64,000 nt of DNA from an uncultured Acidimicrobiales bacterium (GTDB taxonomy: Bacteria > Actinomycetota > Acidimicrobiia > Acidimicrobiales > SHLQ01), in contig CALKGG010000070.1 in the NCBI GenBank assembly GCA_938084885.1, forward strand, positions 17,556-81,555, written 5' to 3'. The position numbers and the translations under genes are program-made. Each line of letters begins with the position of its first letter. Within the stretch, counting starts at the first letter, position 1. Below, one piece after another: positions 54,426 to 63,796 of this stretch. The notes under the pieces were generated by a model. That model saw only the letters and a list, made by a program, of their open reading frames with translations, made no database searches and was not told the origin of the DNA.

Positions 54426-54490
54426 CGAGCACTGAAAAAGGATTACCGCTCAGCGCTCAAGAACGACCACGACCTGCCGACGCAGCAGCA

Positions 54491-56275
54491 ATGCACACCC
54501 ATGCCGCGCCGACACGCGCCATTCCTGCGCTGGCGGTAGCGTTCTTGGCCCTCATCGTACTCAGTACACAAACGACTGTTTCTGCCCAAACCACCGCGCC
54601 AGCTCGAACCACCGTGGACGACCTCGTCAACTACGAGATTCCCGACCAGCTCTTCGACGGCACATGGGTCGACCCGACAATCCGGTTCGACCTCGACCCG
54701 GCAGACCTCGTACCGCTCGAGAACATCGACATCACCCACCTTTCCGCCAGCCGGACCTTTGCCGCTGGCGTCGAACTCGCACAGGTCGAAAACGACACGA
54801 CGCGAGCGCTCGCCGACCGCCACACTCGCGTTCTGCAGGTCATCGCAACACTCGACGCCGAGATCACCGCACTCGAGTCAATAATTCGCGAACGAGAACC
54901 CGAAGTCAACACGCTCCTCACCGGAATCCGAGTCGAACAAGACAACGCAGCCCGCCTCGAAGAGGAGATTGCGATTCGTGAGCGAGCCATTGCCGAGTTT
55001 GCAATCCGGACGTTCATTGGGCAAGACCAGGCCGATCTCGTCCTCACCGAGCCCGACACCGAATTCAGTGAGGCTCGCGTTGTCTCAGCTGAGGTCCGCA
55101 ACGACCACCGAGCCCAGATCGCCACACGCGAGCGCGACCTCGCCCGACGCATCGAAGCACAGGTTCGAATGACCGTTGCCCTCGACGCTGTCCGAGACGA
55201 GCTTCGAGACCTTCGCCGCACACGCGTGCAACGTATCACCGACCTCGAAGAGGCCGAATCCTTGTCTGAACAAACCGCCGGCAGCTACCAACTTGCACTT
55301 CACGCTCGCCTTACCGACTTCGTTGCTGGGACCGACATTCCCTTCGTTGCCCTAAACGCATATGTCGTTGCTGCTCGCACGCTCGAGTTCGAAGCTCCCC
55401 AATGCCAAATTCACTGGTCGATGCTTGCTGGCATTGGCCGTATCGAGAGCTTCCACGGCTATTTTGGCAACTCGACACTCGACATCAACGGACAGACCAC
55501 CGAGGACATTCGGGGCCTTCCGCTCGATGGACGCATCTTGTCTGGAGCCGAGTTCGTCTCCGAGGGCGCTAGCGCACCCGCTGCCACTGGACGCACGGCG
55601 GAGACGGTCGTTACCGCCCCCGCAGCCGGACCGGATCGCGCACCTGAACAACCGTCACCGCCAGCACAAGCAGCCAATGAGAACAACCCTGGAGAACACG
55701 CGGTCGAGCAACCAGACACCGAGAACCCCGAGGGTGCAAAAAGCGCTGAAGGCGCAACCGGTGACAGCGCTGCGGGCGCCACATCAGGTGTGGTCAAAAC
55801 GCTCGCGCTGATCCTCGATACCGATGACGGCGTCCTCGACGGCGATCCGGTCTATGACCGTGCGGTTGGACCAATGCAGTTCATCCCAACCACATGGCGC
55901 CTCTTCGACGCCGACGGCAATGGCGACGAGAAAACCGATCCGCAGAATATCTACGATGCGGCCCTCGCCTCTGCCCGATACCTCTGCGCATCCACGTCGA
56001 CCATGGCGACCCCTGCGGGAGAGCAACGGGCGTACTTTGCCTACAACCACGACCTCGACTACTCCCGCAACGTCACCGAGGCGGGTCGTCGTTATCGGAC
56101 CCTGATCACGATCGACAGCCCCGAGATCGTCGACGGTCACGGTCGCTTCTATCGCGGCATTCTCGAAGCGGCAGAAACCCCCGAAACGGCCGAGGTCACC
56201 AAGAAGAACGCACCGCTGGTCGACCTTGCCCAGCTGCGCACCGACCTCGCCACACTCACGCTGCCGACCTGGTAG
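54491..56275 (+). CDS. secreted coiled-coil protein with a C-terminal lytic transglycosylase (SLT_2/MltB-like) domain
   Basis: Signal peptide MHTHAAPTRAIPALAVAFLALIVLSTQTTVSAQ. A ~240-aa coiled coil is followed by LAGIGRIESFHGYFG (catalytic Glu region), an Ala/Pro/Glu linker, and AVGPMQFIPTTWRLFDADGNGDEKTDPQNIYDAALASARYLC. Confidence 0.75.
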   Translation: MHTHAAPTRAIPALAVAFLALIVLSTQTTVSAQTTAPARTTVDDLVNYEIPDQLFDGTWVDPTIRFDLDPADLVPLENIDITHLSASRTFAAGVELAQVENDTTRALADRHTRVLQVIATLDAEITALESIIREREPEVNTLLTGIRVEQDNAARLEEEIAIRERAIAEFAIRTFIGQDQADLVLTEPDTEFSEARVVSAEVRNDHRAQIATRERDLARRIEAQVRMTVALDAVRDELRDLRRTRVQRITDLEEAESLSEQTAGSYQLALHARLTDFVAGTDIPFVALNAYVVAARTLEFEAPQCQIHWSMLAGIGRIESFHGYFGNSTLDINGQTTEDIRGLPLDGRILSGAEFVSEGASAPAATGRTAETVVTAPAAGPDRAPEQPSPPAQAANENNPGEHAVEQPDTENPEGAKSAEGATGDSAAGATSGVVKTLALILDTDDGVLDGDPVYDRAVGPMQFIPTTWRLFDADGNGDEKTDPQNIYDAALASARYLCASTSTMATPAGEQRAYFAYNHDLDYSRNVTEAGRRYRTLITIDSPEIVDGHGRFYRGILEAAETPETAEVTKKNAPLVDLAQLRTDLATLTLPTW

Positions 56276-56291
56276 CCCCTACGATGGCTCG

Positions 56292-56936
56292 GTGACCGAA
56301 GCGCACTCTGCAGAGGACAAGCCAGAAGTCGGCGTTGGGCCTCACCCGCTTCCGTGGCCGACCGAGGACCATTTCGACCCCGAACTGCTCGCCGAGGGCG
56401 ACCGGCGAAACGTCGTCGACCAGTACCGCTATTGGACGCGAGAGGCCATTGTTGCCGACCTCGACGCCAGTCGCTCGCCGCTCCACATCGCCATCGAAAA
56501 TTGGGAGCACGACTTCAACATCGGCACCGTGGTCCGCAACGCCAATGCGTTCAACACCGCCGGCGTGCACATTATTGGCAAGCGTCGCTGGAACAAGCGA
56601 GGCGCCATGGTCACCGACCGATACCACCATGTGCAGCACCACCACACCGTCGATGCATTCATTGCGTGGGCCGATGCCGAGCAGTTGCCCGTGATCGGGA
56701 TCGACAACCTGCCGGGCTCGGTCGCAATCGAGCACACGCAACTACCCGAGGCGTGTGTGCTGGTCTTTGGCCAAGAAGGCCCGGGCCTCTCCAAGGCCAT
56801 ACGCGATCGATCCGCACTCACCTGCTCGATCGCACAGTTCGGGTCGACCCGCTCAATTAACGCAGGCGTGGCCTCTGGAATCGCCATGCACACGTGGGTA
56901 GTCCAGCATCAGCTCAACAAGATTCCCCGCAGCTAG
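56292..56936 (+). CDS. TrmH/SpoU-family RNA 2'-O-methyltransferase
   Basis: NIGTVVRNANAFN, VLVFGQEGPGLS, IAQFGSTRSINAGVASGIAMH. A GTG at 56292 avoids overlap with the preceding gene. The tracked start is 56226. Confidence 0.75.
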   Translation: MTEAHSAEDKPEVGVGPHPLPWPTEDHFDPELLAEGDRRNVVDQYRYWTREAIVADLDASRSPLHIAIENWEHDFNIGTVVRNANAFNTAGVHIIGKRRWNKRGAMVTDRYHHVQHHHTVDAFIAWADAEQLPVIGIDNLPGSVAIEHTQLPEACVLVFGQEGPGLSKAIRDRSALTCSIAQFGSTRSINAGVASGIAMHTWVVQHQLNKIPRS

Positions 56937-57011
56937 CTCCGGCACAGCTCGCTCTGAGTCATCTCACGCCCGTGCCCGGAGTGGCTGTGACTGTTCGCCA
57001 ACGCGCTAGCG

Positions 57012-57341
57012 CTACTCGACAGCGGCCATCAGTTCTTCGTCGGTGGGAATGACGACGCCCGGGACGTAATAGGTGTAGAGGTCGACGATAATCTCTTTGA
57101 GGCCGGACGAATCGGCTGTGGAGAGCTCGACGGTGACGACATTGCCGTTGATCGACACGCCGTCGATTTTGCCCGTGTCGAGCAGGCGTCGAGCAAGCTC
57201 GTCTGGCGGTCGATCCCCGGTTGGGCGGGTTGCCTCGGTGAAGCGCTCGTGACCCATGCCCGTGAGCGCACGGTTGAGCACATAGCGGACAATGCCTGGC
57301 TTGGTGGATGGCTTTTCTACAACGGTGACGAGCTGACCCAT
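57012..57341 (-). CDS. Nfu/NifU N-terminal-domain-like scaffold protein
   Basis: The ATG at 57341 gives MGQLVTVVEKPSTKPGIVRYVLNRALTGMGHERF...IDGVSINGNVVTVEL. 109 aa. Confidence 0.55.
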   Translation of the reverse strand: MGQLVTVVEKPSTKPGIVRYVLNRALTGMGHERFTEATRPTGDRPPDELARRLLDTGKIDGVSINGNVVTVELSTADSSGLKEIIVDLYTYYVPGVVIPTDEELMAAVE

Positions 57342-57343
57342 AG

Positions 57344-57766
57344 TCAGGATCGTATCTTCGAATCTTGGCGAGCGGCGTACTCTCGGACCGCGAGCACGCT
57401 GAGGGCGACCGTTACTGCCCACAGCATCGTATGCACGACTTTGAACCCGGTCTCCCATTCGCTGCTCGCCAGGATGGCAATTCCTCGGGTGGTGAAGCGG
57501 GCAATTCCAGCGACCACGAGGACACCGAGCGCTCGTCCGTGCCACGCCACTTCCTTGACCATCGATACCCCAACGGCGATTGCCGCCGCGATGAGAAATA
57601 GCGCAACCGCGAGCGAGGTGACACGTTCGAGTCCGCCGAGCTCGTCATCGACGACGATGTTTCGCAGCCGACTTCCCCAGATAGCGACCGTCCAGACAAT
57701 CAGCAGCGACCGGATGGCTCGTCCCGAACGGGTCTGCCCAGAGACATGTGCGGTGGTTGTGCTCAC
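57344..57766 (-). CDS. small 4-TM membrane protein
   Basis: The GTG at 57766 overlaps the rnhB TGA (GTGA). Has LLIVWTVAIWGSRL, LAVALFLIAAAIAVGV, LGVLVVAGIARF, MLWAVTVALSVLAV. Confidence 0.5.
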   Translation of the reverse strand: MSTTTAHVSGQTRSGRAIRSLLIVWTVAIWGSRLRNIVVDDELGGLERVTSLAVALFLIAAAIAVGVSMVKEVAWHGRALGVLVVAGIARFTTRGIAILASSEWETGFKVVHTMLWAVTVALSVLAVREYAARQDSKIRS

Positions 57767-58479
57767 ACGAAGAGCGTACCTTGACCGCCGTCGGGGATGT
57801 ATCGCGTCAACCCGCGCCAAGCCAGCGAATCCATGAACGCCCAACTTTGACGGTGGATTGTCGACGGGCCAAGTATCTGCAACGCCGACCGGTGCCGGTG
57901 ACACGGGTATCCCTTGTTCTCCGACAGCCAGTAGCCGGGATGTTCGTCGTCGAGCTCGCGCATCAAACGGTCGCGTGTGACCTTGGCCAGGATGCTCGCT
58001 GCCGCGATCGACAGGCTCTCGCGTTCGCCGCGAACAATCGTTGTTGCTCGCCCTCCACCGACAAAGTCCCACTTGCCGTCGAGCAACGCGACCTCGACCT
58101 CGGCCCCACCAATCTGTGAACTCAGCGCGTCGAGGCAGCGTTGGGCTGCAAGTCGTTGCGCATTGGACATGCCGAGCTCATCGCATTCGCTCGGGCTGGC
58201 GTGGCCCACTGCCCAAGCCTCGCACCAGTCGGCAATGCGATCGAAGAGTTCCTCTCGTTCGTCTGCGCTGAGCATCTTTGAGTCGCGAACCTTGTAAATG
58301 CGCCGGTCCTTCGGCACGATTGCCGCCCCAACGGTAAGGGGCCCCGCCCACGACCCCTTGCCGACCTCGTCGAGCCCGGCAACAAACTGCACGCCGCGAT
58401 CCCAATGGGCGCGCTCATGGCGCAAACCTGGGGCCGATTTCTTGAGCGACCGACGGAGTTGGCGGACCTGACCGGTCAA
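57763..58479 (-). CDS. rnhB: ribonuclease HII
   Basis: VAGLDEVGKGSWAGPLTVGAAI, VRDSKMLS, KWDFVGG, ASILAKVTRD, GYPCHRH. Confidence 0.9.
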   Translation of the reverse strand: MTGQVRQLRRSLKKSAPGLRHERAHWDRGVQFVAGLDEVGKGSWAGPLTVGAAIVPKDRRIYKVRDSKMLSADEREELFDRIADWCEAWAVGHASPSECDELGMSNAQRLAAQRCLDALSSQIGGAEVEVALLDGKWDFVGGGRATTIVRGERESLSIAAASILAKVTRDRLMRELDDEHPGYWLSENKGYPCHRHRSALQILGPSTIHRQSWAFMDSLAWRGLTRYIPDGGQGTLFV

Positions 58480-60296
58480 AGTAGCGACCTCGACGATTTT
58501 CCATCGGACTCGGCGTTGCGTTGTGCGAGCAGTGTCTCAGGGACGGCAAGCAGTGCTTCGCCAGAACGCTCGGAGCTGGAGAAGGCCGGGTCGAGCCGGG
58601 TACACCGAAGGGTCACGGCCGGTGCAACAGCATCACCTTCGGGATCAGCAAACTCCCACAAAATCGCTGCTCGTTCGCCGTGCCACCGCAACGCCACCGA
58701 GAGCCGTCCCGCCGCTGTGGCCATGTTCGTGAACGACACCTTCTGACCGAGCCAGCGCGATGATGCTCCGGGGAACACATCGATCTCCCCGTCGGGCATT
58801 TCGGACATGCACAACGACAACAACCCAACAAGCAGCGACGCTCGAGCGTGGGGACTATCCCCGCAACCATTGCGTGGCCAGCTCCACGTCGACCCGGCGA
58901 GCGACCGCAGTGGAACGAGCGGTTCGTAGATGTGGTTGGTCGCAGCAGAAGCTGCCATAGCCAAACCAATTCCCTCAGCGGTTGGTTTCGGCGTCGCAGC
59001 GAGTGCCTCGCTGAGTGCTTCGGCGCTTTCTGGGGCGACCCCGAAGCCGTGCCGGGCATACACGACGCTATCGAGAGCATTCGACGGGGTGCCAACAATC
59101 GAGGCAGCGTCTGTCGACGCGTCGGCTCCGTGAGCCGCTCGAACAGCGGCGACCAACGGGTCGACCAGGTTCGGTGTTCGGCTCTTCGACAAGGCGTAGC
59201 CACACACGGCAGCCACGGCATCGCCGTGACGGGCGAGCACGACCTCTCCCTCGGGAGAACGCGAGATCGAGCCGATTGCCGCAGCCATTTCGGCCCACGA
59301 CTCTCGACCGATGCGTCCTTCGGTGACGTCGGCGAGCAATGCGTCGGCCACGTGCGCTGCAGCCCAGTCAAGACCGGCCCGGCTGAGCGCCGCGACCCGA
59401 ATCGAATCATCGACCGGTGTCCAACCAGCATCGCCGAGCGGGCGACCGACCAACGCCGTCGACCCAAGCAGGCTCGACACTAGGGCTGCCGGCACGTGTT
59501 TGGGCCACCCCGGAAGATCGACGTCGGGGGTAACGCGCATGTGCGCCTTCCAGCCCGCCTGCACTGTGTCGAGCGGGGCTGCTGCCACCACCGCGTCTTC
59601 TCGTCCTTCAAGTATCTCAATTTGGCGAGTCGCCCCCCGGGTCAACGGGATGATGGCCGCAATCGATGCGGCGCCGTCGGTGCTGGTGAGGTGCGGTTCG
59701 CCCTCGATGTGCGCGTGGCTCAACTCGAGTTGTGCAAGAAGTGCCGAACCGTCGGCGCCATCGTCGATAGCGGTGACGACTGCGCCGGGCACACGACCAA
59801 GTTCGATCAGCGGCACCTTGTCGACGACAACGAGCGAATCGACCGCCCGCACCAATCCAATACGGCCGGGACTCACAAGGCCCTTGGGCCGAACGACGAC
59901 GGCCACCACGACCGACGCCTTTGTTTCGTTCGAAAGCTCGGCGATAACCCGACCCTGCCCGTCACCGGACTCGTCGGCCCAGACGGTTTGCACAACGTCA
60001 CCGTCGTCGATCCTTTGTCGGGTTTCGATGATCGGCAGCCCATCGAGGCGTGTTTGACGCAGTCCGTCGCCAGCCCCACCACGGACCCAGCGCTCTCCAT
60101 GACCAAACCAGAGCTCGACGGCGACTGGGCGGGTCCGGGGATAGATCGCCCCCCGGTCATCGACGTCGGCGACCGGTCCTGCCTGAAGCGTGGAGAGCGT
60201 GTTCCACCGGCGCTCGGGGGGCGCATCGGCGGTCGTGGTGCTCGACGATTTCGAAGCCGCAAGGGGACGACCGAGTAGTTGACGAAGAGGCCTCAT
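58476..60296 (-). CDS. large conserved-looking hypothetical protein (606 aa)
   Basis: Uninterrupted ORF with coding-like composition. Its stop overlaps the rnhB start by 4 nt. No signal peptide, TM segment or catalytic motif recognised. Confidence 0.6.
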   Translation of the reverse strand: MRPLRQLLGRPLAASKSSSTTTADAPPERRWNTLSTLQAGPVADVDDRGAIYPRTRPVAVELWFGHGERWVRGGAGDGLRQTRLDGLPIIETRQRIDDGDVVQTVWADESGDGQGRVIAELSNETKASVVVAVVVRPKGLVSPGRIGLVRAVDSLVVVDKVPLIELGRVPGAVVTAIDDGADGSALLAQLELSHAHIEGEPHLTSTDGAASIAAIIPLTRGATRQIEILEGREDAVVAAAPLDTVQAGWKAHMRVTPDVDLPGWPKHVPAALVSSLLGSTALVGRPLGDAGWTPVDDSIRVAALSRAGLDWAAAHVADALLADVTEGRIGRESWAEMAAAIGSISRSPEGEVVLARHGDAVAAVCGYALSKSRTPNLVDPLVAAVRAAHGADASTDAASIVGTPSNALDSVVYARHGFGVAPESAEALSEALAATPKPTAEGIGLAMAASAATNHIYEPLVPLRSLAGSTWSWPRNGCGDSPHARASLLVGLLSLCMSEMPDGEIDVFPGASSRWLGQKVSFTNMATAAGRLSVALRWHGERAAILWEFADPEGDAVAPAVTLRCTRLDPAFSSSERSGEALLAVPETLLAQRNAESDGKSSRSLL

Positions 60297-60318
60297 GCCC
60301 TGACCCTAGACTTACCGA

Positions 60319-60993
60319 ATGGACGTTCCGCACTCGGCACCCGGTGACGTTGGTCGGACCGCAGTCCTCATTGCGTTGCGCTCGCTGGACGGCGGGAAAG
60401 CCCGTCTCCACGACGCGTTGACACTCGCTGAACGCGTGCAGCTCATTCGCCTCATGGCCGAGCGCGTCATTGCGTCAGCTCATGACCTCGACGTGCTCGT
60501 CGTGCACGATGATCCAAAGGTCGAATCGTGGGCGGTCGAACGGGGTGCCGCCACGCTGCGACCGAGCCAACCCGGCTTGAACACCGCAATCACTGCGGGT
60601 CGAGATCATCTGCGTGCAGCCGGCTACGAGCGGGTCATCGTGGCCCACGCTGATCTCCCATATGCCGAGGACCTTCGAGTCATGGTGACCCGCCACCGAG
60701 TGGCGATCGTCGCGGACCGCCACGGTGACGGAACCAATGCCATGGCCATTGCGACCAACCTCGACTTCAGCTTCGCGTATGGCCCAGGCTCGTTCGAGAA
60801 TCACGTGCGGATGGCTCGCGACCTTGGCATCGAACCCCATATCGTCGACGCACCGGGTTTGGCATGGGATGTCGACCATCCCGATGATCTGACCACCGAC
60901 CTTCGCGGTCAGCTTGGCTCCCGGACCCAAGCCAACGAAATGACGAATCCTGACAACGATCCACTAGGGAAGTCTGCGACAGATTTCACCTAG
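60319..60993 (+). CDS. cofC: 2-phospho-L-lactate (or PEP) guanylyltransferase, F420 biosynthesis
   Basis: AVLIALRSLDGGKARL, GLNTAITAG, VIVAHADLPY, DRHGDGTNAM, FAYGPGSFENH. Confidence 0.75.
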   Translation: MDVPHSAPGDVGRTAVLIALRSLDGGKARLHDALTLAERVQLIRLMAERVIASAHDLDVLVVHDDPKVESWAVERGAATLRPSQPGLNTAITAGRDHLRAAGYERVIVAHADLPYAEDLRVMVTRHRVAIVADRHGDGTNAMAIATNLDFSFAYGPGSFENHVRMARDLGIEPHIVDAPGLAWDVDHPDDLTTDLRGQLGSRTQANEMTNPDNDPLGKSATDFT

Positions 60994-61014
60994 CCAGATG
61001 GAAATGAGCACGCA

Positions 61015-61740
61015 ATGCCATCGATAAACCTCCCAACGCCCAAGAGTGCGCTCGCAATCGCTGCGCACCCAGACGACATCGAATTCGAATGCGGCGGCAC
61101 ACTCGCCAAGTGGGCCGCGAATGGCTGCGTTGTGCACCATCTCATCTGCACGGATGGTTCGAAGGGCACGTGGGATGAGCATGCCGACACCGTTGCACTC
61201 GTCGACATCCGTATGGAAGAACAGCGCGAAGCTGCTCGACGCCTCGGGGCGACCGGCACGGTCAACTTCTTGGGAGCCGTCGACGGTGAGCTAACCGCCG
61301 ATCTCGACATGCGACGCGAGGTTGCACGGGTCATTCGTGAGACAACCCCCGATGTCGTCTTTGGTCACGACCCGTGGAAGCGCTGGCGGCTCCACCCCGA
61401 CCATCGCAACGCTGGCTTCCTCGCTGTCGAAGGAATCGTTGCAGCGCGAGACCCGTTCTTCTTCCCCGAACTCGGTCGTGCGCGTCATCGCCCGGATGCA
61501 CTGCTGCTCTTTGAGAGCGAAGCACCCAATCACGTCGAAGATGTGAGCGGATTCACTGAACCAAAGGTCCATGCGCTTCTCGCTCACGAGAGCCAGTTCG
61601 AAACGACCATGGTCATCACAAACAACCCCGATAGCGAGACCGCCGAGTTCGAAAACCGCGAGCTCTCACAGATGCGGGACATGGCCTGTGACGAAGCCTT
61701 CGAATTCGGCGAGGCCTTTCATCTCATCACCGACTTGTAA
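61015..61740 (+). CDS. PIG-L/LmbE-family deacetylase
   Basis: ALAIAAHPDDIEFECGGTLAKW, CTDGSKGT, HPDHRNAG, LLAHESQF. Confidence 0.8.
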   Translation: MPSINLPTPKSALAIAAHPDDIEFECGGTLAKWAANGCVVHHLICTDGSKGTWDEHADTVALVDIRMEEQREAARRLGATGTVNFLGAVDGELTADLDMRREVARVIRETTPDVVFGHDPWKRWRLHPDHRNAGFLAVEGIVAARDPFFFPELGRARHRPDALLLFESEAPNHVEDVSGFTEPKVHALLAHESQFETTMVITNNPDSETAEFENRELSQMRDMACDEAFEFGEAFHLITDL

Positions 61741-61778
61741 CGGTCTGTACGCCGTCGGGCACATCACCTGAAAACGAG

Positions 61779-61812
61779 AAACTCCCCGAACCCTTGCGGG
61801 TCCGGGGAGTTT
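61779..61812. terminator. bidirectional terminator hairpin between convergent genes
   Basis: aaactccccgaaccc-ttgc-gggtccggggagttt has 14 paired positions, one mismatch and a 4-nt loop. The A-run/T-run arms give U-tracts in both orientations. Confidence 0.65.
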
Positions 61813-61861
61813 GCGTGTTATCGAGTCACCCGGCGTGTACGCCAGGCGTCAGGACCGGTGA

Positions 61862-62530
61862 TTACTTGCCACCGTCGAGTGCGTCGTACACCTTTGGCCA
61901 GAAGCGGTCACGTGCTGCCCAGATGCCACCGATGCCGAACTTGATGACCAGGATGGCTGCAAGGCCGGTGGTCAGTGCGTTCCAGAGCTGGTCGATGATG
62001 TCTGCGCCGAAGCCGAGCTGATCGATGGCCATCATGCCGCCGAGAACCCAGATGGCTGCGACGATGACCTTGAGAAGCGTGTCTCCTGCGGTGACGCTCG
62101 CCATTGTTGGGGCGAGGAGTCCACGAACGAAGTTGGCGATTGCGCCGGTGATCACGATCAAGATGATTGCGATGATGACGTTAGGAATCCAAGCGACAAG
62201 CTGGTTGATGAGATCCTCGATTGCGGCGATGCCAAGGGCGCTCACTGCGAGCTGGATGAATACCAGCATGATGATCCATCCAACGATCTTGGCAAGAAGT
62301 AGCGCCGAGTCGGGGTATCCGCCGCGCTCGACCATTGCGCCGAGACCGCTCTTGTCGATGACTGCATCGAACTTGACTGCCTTCAGAAGCTTGTGAGCGA
62401 GCTTGACAACAATGCCAGCCACGATCTTGCCGATGAAATACAGGATAAGTGCGCCAACAATGCGCGGGATGAACTCGAGGAATATACCCACCGTGTCCGA
62501 TAGTGATTCAATTATGTTGTCAATAAACAT
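61862..62530 (-). CDS. membrane protein made of repeated 'conserved TM helix' units (MscS-N-terminal-like)
   Basis: 222 aa, with repeated pattern IVGALILYFIGKIVAGIVVKLAHKLL / IVGWIIMLVFIQLAVSALG / IIAIILIVITGAIANFVRGLL / VIVAAIWVLGGMMAIDQLG. Strong GGAGG RBS. A/T-ending codon usage is visibly higher than in the neighbours. Confidence 0.6.
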   Translation of the reverse strand: MFIDNIIESLSDTVGIFLEFIPRIVGALILYFIGKIVAGIVVKLAHKLLKAVKFDAVIDKSGLGAMVERGGYPDSALLLAKIVGWIIMLVFIQLAVSALGIAAIEDLINQLVAWIPNVIIAIILIVITGAIANFVRGLLAPTMASVTAGDTLLKVIVAAIWVLGGMMAIDQLGFGADIIDQLWNALTTGLAAILVIKFGIGGIWAARDRFWPKVYDALDGGK

Positions 62531-62871
62531 TTCTGTGTTGCCTCCAGAGCATCATGTAATCAGGTGACCTAGGGACGCAAGGTCCTCAGGGAAAGTCGCG
62601 CCGCATTGCGGAATTTCTTTACGCCAAATTTCTTTCGAGTAATCCGCGACAAATCCGTCCCGCACGTAGTCGAAAGACCATGGCAACCGGCACGCTACCG
62701 CTAACACACAATGCGTTCGTCGATACCTCTGCATCGTTTTTCGCATTGGTCGACAGTTCATTGCGTCACGGTCACGCGCCGCTGGCCTCACCGGGCGTGT
62801 TGGCGTCCACCAGAACCACCAACGACGCTGGTTCTGGAAGCTTCGACCGCCGAGGACGCGAAATACACACC

Positions 62872-63390
62872 ATGGAAACATCTACTGAGGCTTCGCCAGA
62901 ACAACTTCTCGATGAGCTTGTTCGTGAACATCTCGATGCGGTGTATCGGGTTGCGTTTTCGGTTGTACGAGATTCGGCCCTAGCCGAAGACGTCGCACAA
63001 GATGCAATACTCAAAGCCTGGCGGGCGTTACCCACATTCCGTGGGGACTCCTCGCTTCGGTCATGGGTCCTGCGCATTACCCACAACACGGCAATATCGA
63101 CGCTTCGGAAACGCCGTGAAGAGCTCTGGGACCCAGCAATGCTCCCCGAGCAAGAAAGCAGAACGAGCACCGAAGACGAAGCAGTGCAACACATGTCGAT
63201 CGATGCGTTTGAAGAAGCGCTCGATCAACTTGACGAGCTTTCCCGCTCGATCATTGTTCTTCGAGAAGTCGAAGGACTGCCATACGATGAAATCGCCGAA
63301 CTCGTCGGCGTACCACTACCAACCGTCAAAACGCGACTCCTGCGGGGTCGTCGAGTTCTGGCATCAGCACTCTCAGATTGGAAGCAGTAA
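62872..63390 (+). CDS. ECF-family RNA polymerase sigma factor
   Basis: The ATG at 62872 gives METSTEASPEQLLDELVREHLDAVYRVAFSVVRD. Region 2: AEDVAQDAILKAWRAL, WVLRITHNTAISTLRKR. Region 4: VLREVEGLPYDEIAELVGVPLPTVKTRLLRGR. Confidence 0.85.
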   Translation: METSTEASPEQLLDELVREHLDAVYRVAFSVVRDSALAEDVAQDAILKAWRALPTFRGDSSLRSWVLRITHNTAISTLRKRREELWDPAMLPEQESRTSTEDEAVQHMSIDAFEEALDQLDELSRSIIVLREVEGLPYDEIAELVGVPLPTVKTRLLRGRRVLASALSDWKQ

Positions 63391-63734
63391 TGGCGCGACA
63401 CCTAAGCACCAAACAGCTCACCTCCTGGTTGAACGGCGCGGTCGATCATGAAGAGCACACCGAACACCTCGATTCGTGTAGCAAATGTGCAGCGCGCATC
63501 GAAGAACTCCATGACAACAACGTGGAACCACTTACCGCGGAGTTCGCTCCAGCGTTGCTCCAGATCCTGCAACCACCCGCAGATTTACACGAACGAATCA
63601 GCAAGCGCATCGCGTTGAGGCTGCAAGCGCAAAGCGACAGAGACCTCTTTACTTCGATGCTCGGCGTACCAGTCGAGACGCTCAAAGTGATGACCGAATC
63701 GGACATTTCAAACGTAAACCTCACCGACAATTAG
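63390..63734 (+). CDS. ZAS-type anti-sigma factor without an obvious TM segment
   Basis: TAATG stop/start overlap with the sigma gene. HxxxCxxC motif in HLDSCSKC. 114 aa with no hydrophobic helix. Confidence 0.6.
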   Translation: MARHLSTKQLTSWLNGAVDHEEHTEHLDSCSKCAARIEELHDNNVEPLTAEFAPALLQILQPPADLHERISKRIALRLQAQSDRDLFTSMLGVPVETLKVMTESDISNVNLTDN

Positions 63735-63796
63735 TTCTTCTGACGAACTCCGACCTATCGTGCTGAGGAATCCTCATTCACGATGAGAGGCAGTTC

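Noticed and set aside
53041-54435. 464-aa + strand ORF across imuA' and the WXG-like gene
   Set aside because: The frame is antisense to ImuA' and out of frame with the 53970 gene. Its composition is Pro/Arg/Ser/Thr-rich.
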